Made by a program: the position numbers and the translations under genes. DNA of 64,000 bases from Spirochaetia bacterium (GTDB lineage: Bacteria; Spirochaetota; Spirochaetia; SP-2023). Numbering within the stretch: the first letter of the stretch is position 1; the number at the start of each line of letters is the position of its first letter. Where the stretch lies: the NCBI GenBank assembly GCA_965225855.1, contig CBDDCK010000005.1, positions 640,001 to 704,000 of the forward strand, written 5' to 3'. The notes under the pieces were generated by a model. The model searched no databases and was not told where the DNA came from. It saw only the letters and a list, made by a program, of their open reading frames with translations. Below are positions 31,601 to 40,900 of this stretch, piece after piece.

Positions 31601-34600
31601 TTCCTTGACAAGGCATATTGTTGCAGTTGCATACCTTTTTTCATTTCGGTTTAATACTTAGATTTTTAAGTGCTTCTACAGGTGTGTTGCAGTTGCATAC
31701 CTTTTTTCATTTCGGTTTAATCTATTGATTATGGGCCTGTTGGGCTCTTGGGTTGCAGTTGCATACCTTTTTTCATTTCGGTTTAATTAAAAAATCGTCA
31801 ATGTCGCTACTGTGTCGGTTGCAGTTGCATACCTTTTTTCATTTCGGTTTAATCTTAAATTTGTAACTTTTTTATAATTTTTGGTTGCAGTTGCATACCT
31901 TTTTTCATTTCGGTTTAATCTGCTTAATTTTTTAGCTTGGAGACTTGTGTTGCAGTTGCATACCTTTTTTCATTTCGGTTTAATTTTATCAACATCTCCA
32001 ATCTACACCAGTAGGTTGCAGTTGCATACCTTTTTTCATTTCGGTTTAATGCGAGAGCCAGCACGGGCGTTACGCTCAAGGTTGCAGTTGCATACCTTTT
32101 TTCATTTCGGTTTAATTACCCCAACAGCGAGTATGAAGTTTCTGCGGTTGCAGTTGCATACCTTTTTTCATTTCGGTTTAATCTAAAGACTCTAGCTCTT
32201 TCTCCTTTTGCAGTTGCAGTTGCATACCTTTTTTCATTTCGGTTTAATTACTCTTTAAGTAGATCGTTATCTATACCAGTTGCAGTTGCATACCTTTTTT
32301 CATTTCGGTTTAATTGTAACAACCCCCGAATGTAGGCTTGGATAGTTGCAGTTGCATACCTTTTTTCATTTCGGTTTAATAAAAGTATCGCCCAAAACAG
32401 GAGCAGTCACGTTGCAGTTGCATACCTTTTTTCATTTCGGTTTAATTGGCCGGTCAAAAGGTCAGTCTCAGCCTCAGTTGCAGTTGCATACCTTTTTTCA
32501 TTTCGGTTTAATTAGCAAAGCTAAAGGTAATTGGCAAGGTGGGTTGCAGTTGCATACCTTTTTTCATTTCGGTTTAATAAATCCAGAAACTAGCAGGCCT
32601 TTTAGTTGGTTGCAGTTGCATACCTTTTTTCATTTCGGTTTAATTCAAGGGCCATCGTAATGCGACGAATGCGGGTTGCAGTTGCATACCTTTTTTCATT
32701 TCGGTTTAATATAATTACAAAAACCCCAATACAGAAGCAGGTTGCAGTTGCATACCTTTTTTCATTTCGGTTTAATTTGAGCACGGAGAAATTAGAAGAT
32801 ACAAAGGTTGCAGTTGCATACCTTTTTTCATTTCGGTTTAATTCACTCCTTACCTTAAGCAATCCTTGATTGGTTGCAGTTGCATACCTTTTTTCATTTC
32901 GGTTTAATAGCCACGTTATCATGGATCGCATAAAGTTTGTTGCAGTTGCATACCTTTTTTCATTTCGGTTTAATAAGGCTGCATGCGTATAACAAGATTG
33001 CACCGTTGCAGTTGCATACCTTTTTTCATTTCGGTTTAATCTTGTTAAGCTTTTTAAGCCTATTATAAGTGTTGCAGTTGCATACCTTTTTTCATTTCGG
33101 TTTAATTCTGTATTTCAGCAATACTAGGTTTCTATTGTTGCAGTTGCATACCTTTTTTCATTTCGGTTTAATATACCTGTGATGCCGTCTGTACATTAAA
33201 ACGTTGCAGTTGCATACCTTTTTTCATTTCGGTTTAATATATAAAAAAGCATCAATAGATTCACCCTCGTTGCAGTTGCATACCTTTTTTCATTTCGGTT
33301 TAATAAATTCCACAAGGTCAAAAATTATTTGCAAGTTGCAGTTGCATACCTTTTTTCATTTCGGTTTAATAAAAAAGAAAAATCCAGAAAGAACAGGACA
33401 GTTGCAGTTGCATACCTTTTTTCATTTCGGTTTAATTACAATTATTGGCAATAATAGAGATATGCTGTTGCAGTTGCATACCTTTTTTCATTTCGGTTTA
33501 ATCAAGGCTAGCGACTTCTGCAGCCAATTTGTGTTGCAGTTGCATACCTTTTTTCATTTCGGTTTAATTTGTTAGCACTTCTGCCGCTTCTGGTATTGGT
33601 TGCAGTTGCATACCTTTTTTCATTTCGGTTTAATTATTATAGGTAGATTTGCGCAAAGAGTCAAGTTGCAGTTGCATACCTTTTTTCATTTCGGTTTAAT
33701 TGTGAAAAATAGCTCCTACATTTTTTTTCTGTTGCAGTTGCATACCTTTTTTCATTTCGGTTTAATTCATGCATAAGACGAAGACCCCACTCGAAAGTTG
33801 CAGTTGCATACCTTTTTTCATTTCGGTTTAATCAACCTTCTGAGATTGACCGGTCAACAGATGTTGCAGTTGCATACCTTTTTTCATTTCGGTTTAATTA
33901 ATATAGCAATCCATTGCTAATATTTCTAGTTGCAGTTGCATACCTTTTTTCATTTCGGTTTAATTCCACATCGGGAGATTAAATCATGCAGATAGTTGCA
34001 GTTGCATACCTTTTTTCATTTCGGTTTAATAACGGTGCTTGTAACAACCTTCTTGGCGACGTTGCAGTTGCATACCTTTTTTCATTTCGGTTTAATTTGG
34101 CTATATATAAGTAGGTTTTGGGCACTGTTGCAGTTGCATACCTTTTTTCATTTCGGTTTAATAAAAGTATCGCCTAATACAGGAGCAGTCACGTTGCAGT
34201 TGCATACCTTTTTTCATTTCGGTTTAATTTGTTTAGTTTTTCAGTCTTCACTATTATAGTTGCAGTTGCATACCTTTTTTCATTTCGGTTTAATGAAAAG
34301 GCCACCAAAACCTTCACGTGTCAAGTTGCAGTTGCATACCTTTTTTCATTTCGGTTTAATAGAAATATACAGTGGAATCAAAAGAATTAGGTTGCAGTTG
34401 CATACCTTTTTTCATTTCGGTTTAATTTCGGCCTTACGAACCTTGTCAACCTGAGCGTTGCAGTTGCATACCTTTTTTCATTTCGGTTTAATCATATTAA
34501 GGTCGCCGTACTCACCACAACAGTTGCAGTTGCATACCTTTTTTCATTTCGGTTTAATTTTTTTGTATTGGTCGATTATCTTGGTACTGTTGCAGTTGCA

Positions 34601-35944
34601 TACCTTTTTTCATTTCGGTTTAATTATCCTGAGATCGTTGACCGTTATCATTGTGTTGCAGTTGCATACCTTTTTTCATTTCGGTTTAATCGTTTAGTGG
34701 CAAGATCAACATCTAAACCAGTTGCAGTTGCATACCTTTTTTCATTTCGGTTTAATACATTCCGCACACGGTCATAGTCAACCTGTGTTGCAGTTGCATA
34801 CCTTTTTTCATTTCGGTTTAATCATAGGCTTGTTTTTGTTCATAGCTTAGTTGTTGCAGTTGCATACCTTTTTTCATTTCGGTTTAATTACCATCGTTGT
34901 CACCTAAAGTAGAAACATGTTGCAGTTGCATACCTTTTTTCATTTCGGTTTAATTCAATTGTGTTTTTTTGCTTGTCAAAGGCTGTTGCAGTTGCATACC
35001 TTTTTTCATTTCGGTTTAATCAAAGAGTCAAGCGTTTTTTGATGATTTTCGTTGCAGTTGCATACCTTTTTTCATTTCGGTTTAATAGATTTCTGGTATT
35101 CAAAAACATTCTTTCTGTTGCAGTTGCATACCTTTTTTCATTTCGGTTTAATTTAGGATCAGAAGCAATAATGCGCCTAGCAGTTGCAGTTGCATACCTT
35201 TTTTCATTTCGGTTTAATATAGGCTGAAACCGTATAACAAGATTTGCAGTTGCAGTTGCATACCTTTTTTCATTTCGGTTTAATAAAAATCAAAGCTTAT
35301 TCAGCTTCTTTAACGTTGCAGTTGCATACCTTTTTTCATTTCGGTTTAATAGCCACATTGTCGTGGATCGCATATAGTTTGTTGCAGTTGCATACCTTTT
35401 TTCATTTCGGTTTAATAGCGCTAGTGCCGTCACGGCCACCAGTAATGTTGCAGTTGCATACCTTTTTTCATTTCGGTTTAATAATTGCCACAATCCATAA
35501 ACTGGCAAACAAGTTGCAGTTGCATACCTTTTTTCATTTCGGTTTAATATGCTGATGATCTCAATAAGTTTTTGTCCTGTTGCAGTTGCATACCTTTTTT
35601 CATTTCGGTTTAATAATTGCCACAATCCATAAACTGGCAAACAAGTTGCAGTTGCATACCTTTTTTCATTTCGGTTTAATTTTTTGCTATATAAGGTAGG
35701 TTTTGACACTGTTGCAGTTGCATACCTTTTTTCATTTCGGTTTAATGACCACTGCCAACGAATCGGCAGCAATTTGGTTGCAGTTGCATACCTTTTTTCA
35801 TTTCGGTTTAATAATCTAATCTACAACAGTAGAAATTTGAAGGTTGCAGTTGCATACCTTTTTTCATTTCGGTTTAATACCTTCTCACGAGACCTCTTCG
35901 TCTCTCTTGTTGCAGTTGCATACCTTTTTTCATTTCGGTTTAAT
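22644..35944 (+). CRISPR. Type II-C CRISPR array, 202 repeats / 201 spacers (mostly 30 nt)
   Basis: Repeat GTTGCAGTTGCATACCTTTTTTCATTTCGGTTTAAT, 66-bp period; first repeat starts 22644, last 35909. Orientation + inferred from tracrRNA anti-repeat and a -10-like TTTAAT at each repeat end, as in Neisseria II-C. Confidence 0.99.
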
Positions 35945-36010
35945 AGTCCCCTAGCTAAGTAGTTGTTTTCACATTGCTTAGCTAGGTATGGGCTTGAGAA
36001 AAAATGCAAT
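35945..36010 (+). promoter_or_regulatory. CRISPR leader (cas-proximal) with inverted repeat CCTAGCTAAGTA...TGCTTAGCTAGG
   Basis: Abuts the last intact repeat on the cas2 side; a near-identical copy follows the degenerate repeat at 36551. Confidence 0.7.
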
Positions 36011-36240
36011 TCAACACAGTAAAAGGGCTTGTTCTCTGGCACTTTTTTTGCTGTTATCGCGTTTGTGCTGGCTGTAGCTGCTGATGTTCGCATATTGTAT
36101 ATCCGTTATCGTTATTATATCTACCTGTCCCCCCTTCGGGGGGAGAGAGTTTTTGATTCACTCTAATAATCGCTTGCGTTGTTTATTGCCGCCAGCAAAT
36201 TTATAGTATACAGAATATTGGGCCATAGTAAAGTCTTGTT
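36011..36240 (-). pseudogene. cas2: cas2 3' fragment, diverged duplicate with in-frame stop
   Basis: Translates FTMAQYSVYYKFAGGNKQRKRLLE*IKNSLPPKGGQVDIITITDIQYANISSYSQHKRDNSKKSAREQALLLC*, colinear with the intact cas2. Confidence 0.9.
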
Positions 36241-36340
36241 CCGCCTTGCTATAATATATCTCTCCGCCTTGGATCAAGGCCTTGTTCCACCTTGCTATAA
36301 TATATCTTTCCGCCTTGGATCAAGGCCTTGATCCAAGGCG
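36235..36340. repeat. 46-bp repeat element (2.3 units) ending in a perfect 30-bp palindrome (36311-36340)
   Basis: CTTGTTCCGCCTTGCTATAATATATCTCTCCGCCTTGGATCAAGGC units; palindrome CGCCTTGGATCAAGGCCTTGATCCAAGGCG. Confidence 0.85.
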
Positions 36341-36516
36341 CTTGTTTTTAATTACATGCCTTTAAGCAAGTTAGTGATACCAAAAAACTGGTGGCGTCTT
36401 TGATTACGCCAAAGATGGGATACCCAGCCATGAAAAATAAACCCAAACGCCCACCCAGCGTATTGTAGAAAGCCGAAAGAGCTTAAATAAACAGGGCTTG
36501 CGGCCCATCTAAAAAT

Positions 36517-36549
36517 AGCTTGCATACCTTTTCTTCATTTCACTTTAAT
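36517..36549 (+). CRISPR. Solitary degenerate CRISPR repeat next to intact cas2
   Basis: AGCTTGCATACCTTTTCTTCATTTCACTTTAAT versus consensus; followed by a leader copy. Confidence 0.8.
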
Positions 36550-36613
36550 TAGTGCCCTAGCTAAGTAATTTTTTCAGATTGCTTAGCTAGGCATGGGTTT
36601 GGGAAAAGGCCAT

Positions 36614-36949
36614 TCAAAACAGTAAAAGCGGTTGTTCTCTGGCACTTTTTTTGCTGTTATCGCGTTTGTGCTGGCTGTAGCTGATGATATTGGCATATTG
36701 TATATCCGTGATTGTAATTATATCTACTTGCCCCTTCTGGGGTAGGGCACTTTTGATTAACTCTAGTAGTCGCTTGCGCTGCTCGCTTCCGCCAGCAAAT
36801 TTATAGTATACAGAGTATTGGGCCATAGTAAAGCCTTGCTCTAATAGAAACTGGCGAAAGCGCGTGGCTTCTTTGCGTTCTTGTTGTTCCACTACTGGTA
36901 GGTCAAACATTAGATATAGCCACATCACTTTGTAAGGGTTAAGGCGCAT
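36614..36949 (-). CDS. cas2: CRISPR-associated endonuclease Cas2
   Basis: MWLYLMFDLPV...FRQFLL..GFTMAQYSVY...ITDIQY; downstream of cas1. Confidence 0.96.
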   Translation of the reverse strand: MRLNPYKVMWLYLMFDLPVVEQQERKEATRFRQFLLEQGFTMAQYSVYYKFAGGSEQRKRLLELIKSALPQKGQVDIITITDIQYANIISYSQHKRDNSKKSAREQPLLLF

Positions 36950-37905
36950 AGTTCTACTACATCAATAGCGGTTTGCTCATCTAAGGTGATTGGCTCTAGC
37001 TTTTGTTGCTTGCCCTCTAACACCATGCAAAAGTTTTGCACATAGCGCAGCTCTTGGCGCATTAGGTAGCTTTGTTCGTTGCTGTAATCTAGTTCTTGGC
37101 GTAGTAACTGACTAAGCGCTCGCTTACTTTCGCTATTCAGTTCACGATAACCCCAATGGTAGTATAGGTGGGTAACAAAGGCGTCTACCAACGGGCGTAG
37201 GGTTTCCATAAGGTCGCTAGCTAGGCAATAGGGGTTTTGGCTGTTGCAGTGCTGTATGCCAAACGCCCCCAGTAAACCGCAGCAATTGATGGCTCGTATC
37301 ACACAACCCAGCAAAATGGTATAGCCGTAGTTGAGTAAGCCATTGGGCGGCATTGGCCCCAAACGGCGGAAGTCATCGCCAAATAGCATAGGCCAATAGC
37401 GTTGGGCAGCTGTAGCTTCTAGCATCGTGCTGTCCCCGCTTTGTACCTTTTCGGCCATCGCCAGCAGTTCATTGGCTAAGGCTTGTTCTTCATTTGCTTC
37501 TAGGCAGTGGCGATTGTCCCAACCGAAGCTGGCAGCCATTTGCAATAGCCAGGCTTGGTTGCGTATTTTGTTTTGTACCACCCCTTGCCAGAGCCGTTTC
37601 TTTTTGGGCAACTTGGCCTCTACTTGTAGCCGTACCCGTTGTTGCAAACGGCTATGGCCGTCTAATGGCAGCATGGCTACCGAAGGTAAGTAGTCCGCAC
37701 CGCACAATAGCACAGGGATATTGCGCTTAGCCAATTGGTTTAGCAACGGTGTACTGACTGTGGATTGCGGACTATTCAGCAATAGCACGCCAATACGCTC
37801 TAGGTCTACAAGGTGCTTTTGGCCATTGCGCAGTAGTTCCAGATGGCCCCGCTTTTGGTGTAGGTAGCAGCCGCTGCTTTCTACTTCTATTACTTGTTCG
37901 TACAC
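36925..37905 (-). CDS. cas1: CRISPR-associated endonuclease Cas1 (type II)
   Basis: KIRNQ, SGD...EATAAQRYW..LFG, NGLLNYGYTIL, GIQH, LASDLMETLRPLVD. Confidence 0.96.
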   Translation of the reverse strand: MYEQVIEVESSGCYLHQKRGHLELLRNGQKHLVDLERIGVLLLNSPQSTVSTPLLNQLAKRNIPVLLCGADYLPSVAMLPLDGHSRLQQRVRLQVEAKLPKKKRLWQGVVQNKIRNQAWLLQMAASFGWDNRHCLEANEEQALANELLAMAEKVQSGDSTMLEATAAQRYWPMLFGDDFRRLGPMPPNGLLNYGYTILLGCVIRAINCCGLLGAFGIQHCNSQNPYCLASDLMETLRPLVDAFVTHLYYHWGYRELNSESKRALSQLLRQELDYSNEQSYLMRQELRYVQNFCMVLEGKQQKLEPITLDEQTAIDVVELCALTLTK

Positions 37906-37914
37906 AGAGGCCTA

Positions 37915-40900
37915 CTACCTATGGCGAACCCAGCCGCCGGGGCTAATGTATACCGCTTGGCATTGCATCTCGTCTCCAAAGATTTTGCTGATCACTTTGT
38001 ATTTCTGGGGGCTATTGGCTTCAATTAGGGGCCGTATATCTAATTTATCGTTTGTAGCGGAATATCCTTTCACCAAGTAGTATTGGCCATCGGCCTTACT
38101 GTACAAAGTGTCATTCTTATAAAGCCTAGTAAGGTGTTCGGCAGAATCTGGTGCTGTTTGCTCCTGCTTGCGTTGGGCTTGGTAGTAGCTAGTGAAGGTT
38201 ACTTTGTATTCTGCCTTACTACCGTTTACAGTGCGCCATATATCGCAGTAAGCATAGCCATCGGGCATGTAGTATTGTGGGCTGCTGGTTTTTGGCTGTA
38301 CTAGGGTTTGGTCTTTGGGTATGTAGCGTACCTTCTTGATGCCATGCTTTGCCCCATAGTCTTTGATGAAACTTTCCCAAGAGAGCTTCTTATCACCATC
38401 ACTTTGTTGCGCTTGGTAGGCCTCTTTTAGCCTTGTGCGCAGGCCATCATCAACTGGGCCTTGATAGCCTTGTTCCAGTGGCTCACAGTCTTTCTCTGTT
38501 ATCCCGCTTAGTAGCTTGCTGTTGACAAAGTAGCCATGCCAATAACGCAGGCCTATCTTGGGGTGTTCTAGCGCAAAGGCTTTGTGGCCTTCGTTCCATA
38601 ATTTTCCCAATGGTCCTTTTTGTGTTCTTTGTAGTAGTGCTTGGGTCTCTTGCTCTAGCTGTAGCAACTGGCCCCGTTGGGGTTTTATGGTTGCTGCTAT
38701 CTGGCGTAGTTCGCTTATCGAGCCTTGCAGTTCTTGTTGTTTCTTGCAGTTTGCTTTTGTGTTCTGGGCTTGGGCCGGGTTTGTTTCGGGCCGAGTAGCA
38801 ATATAATCCAGCAGCCAATGGGCTTGCTCTGGCCGTACCAACAATGGTAAGTTTTCACGCAGTGTTTTGCCATCTATAGCGCTAATTGCTTTGTAGATTA
38901 AACCATTCGCCGTTTCTGCAAACATCGCACTGTTATGGCTATGATCCTGTTTGTGGGACACAATGATACTGCTTACCACCGTTTCTATTTGCTGGCGTAA
39001 ACCCTGTCGTTCCCCAGCCATGCGCTGCATGGCATAGCGTTGCCTCCGCTTAGCTGTTTTCAGTTCTTCAGCTTCTTTGCCCAATAACTGGTCTTGACTA
39101 AATGCAAAGTAGCCACTCAAGCGTTTGAGCAAACTGCGGTCAATCATCGCTACCACTATCGCATCTATCGCATGGTGGCGGTGGTCATTGCGGTTTTTCT
39201 TTTTATGTTTGGGGTTCTCGTTGAGCAGACTATTGAGATTCAGGTTGTCCCGCAGCATTTCCGTTATGTGGCCATTGCTAGCCCACACTTGCGGGCAAAT
39301 AGATTGTAGATACTGCATAGCCTTACGGGCAATATAGGCGTTATCGGTAGTTTGCCTAGCCAAGAAGTGGTCATCGCTTTCATACCGTTTCATCGCTTCC
39401 GCTGTAAAGTGTTCTTGCTTGTTCTTAGGTAGGTTTCCGGTAGCTTGTTTGATTCGTTGCCAACGTTCCGCATCGTGGCCAAAAGCCTCGTAAGGGCTAC
39501 GGTCTCCCTTTTGGCGGTTGCAGGCCGTGTGGCTTAGCGTTAGGTTTGCCATACCATTATCTAAGGTACGGCTAAAGGGCAAGATATGCTCTATCTCCAC
39601 TCGGTTGTCGGGGCTAAATAAATCACTCGCAGGGATTTTTACGCCACAGTAAGGGCACTTTGCCGTAGTGTTCTTTAGGGCTAGCTCTTCATATAATTGC
39701 AGCTTGCGGCGGTCGTCCCTGCTGGGGTAGTGAATATTGTAGTTTTCCCGCAATTCTTTGTTCCGCCGCTCGTTTTGCTTTTTGTTCTCATTTTGTAGCT
39801 TGCTGATCTCGGCCTTGGCTTTGCGGCTATTCTTTAGGTCGCGCCCCAATTCAACCACCACCTCATCGGGTAGGCCATAATGGCCTATTATATCATTGAC
39901 TACCTTACGCACTTGGTTTAAGGCCACATGCACGGTTGGGTTGCCAATACGGCCATACTTAGCTTCATCACTGTTTATCTCTAAACCGGGCTTATTCTTT
40001 TGCAGCTTTTTGAGTGGGTAACATGATTCTGGCATTGCAGCACCATAATAGGGTAAAGTCGGCAGCAGCTGGCTCTTCTTCTGTTTATCGACACGCAGTT
40101 TCTGTAAATGGGTTGCACCGCCATCATCGGGGTATTGTTCCAATAAATAGTGTAGTACCTCCCGTTGCAGGCAGGCACTTAGCTCTGTCGTACCTGTCGG
40201 AAGTTCATAGGCAAATAGTGCTTGGCATTGTTGTTCACTTAGCCCCAGTTCTCTAAATGGCTGTAGCAGTTTGTCTTGCTCGTTATCCTTGGCATAGGTA
40301 AACAGCATAACCTTTTCACAAAGGCTATCTTGTTCCTCTAAGTTCAGCTTATGCCAGTGTTCTTTTCCAAAAAACTCGGGCTTTTGCATCTCTACATTGA
40401 CTACAGCACCCTCTAACTCTTCTTTACGGTTCTTTTCTAAGTTAAAGGTAATATTTTCGCTCCAGCCGAACATTTTGCGTATAGCTTTGAAGGTCATGCT
40501 TTTGCAGTTACACAGCTTATTGTAGAGCTGCAAGCGTTCTTGATTGTTTAAACTTATCTGGCTACCATGTTCATCTATCATGCGTAAGTTCAGCACGTTT
40601 TGGGCAATACGCAGCCGTTCACTACTGGGCTGGCTTTTATAGGCTCGGTCTTCATCTTCGTAGTACCAGCATTTGCCCCGTTCTGGTTTCTGTAAAGGCC
40701 GTTGATAAAATAGAATCTGCTCTAGCGTATCCCAATTGATGTTCTCAAAAGCTGGGTACTGGCTTTGCTGCTGCCTAATCGCTCTAAACTCATCGCGATA
40801 CATTTGTCTGTTGGCATAGAAATCGCCTATATCGGCCTGGGTGTTTTGCTCTCCTGCGGCTGTTGTAGCTTTGTCATTGCGGAAGCGTACACTTTGTTTT

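Noticed and set aside
23076..34522. PAM inference from overlapping spacers (3' flanks ACGATCAA, AAGGTCAA, ATTGTACC, AAGTTTCT, CAGTTTCG, CGAACCTT)
   Set aside because: Few examples, drawn from different phage variants and not mutually consistent
22575..36093. Dozens of ORFs with VAVAYLFSFRFN, LQLHTFFHFGLI or LNRNEKRYATAT repeats
   Set aside because: Translations of the CRISPR repeat; the 66-bp period is a multiple of 3 and the repeat has no stop in these frames
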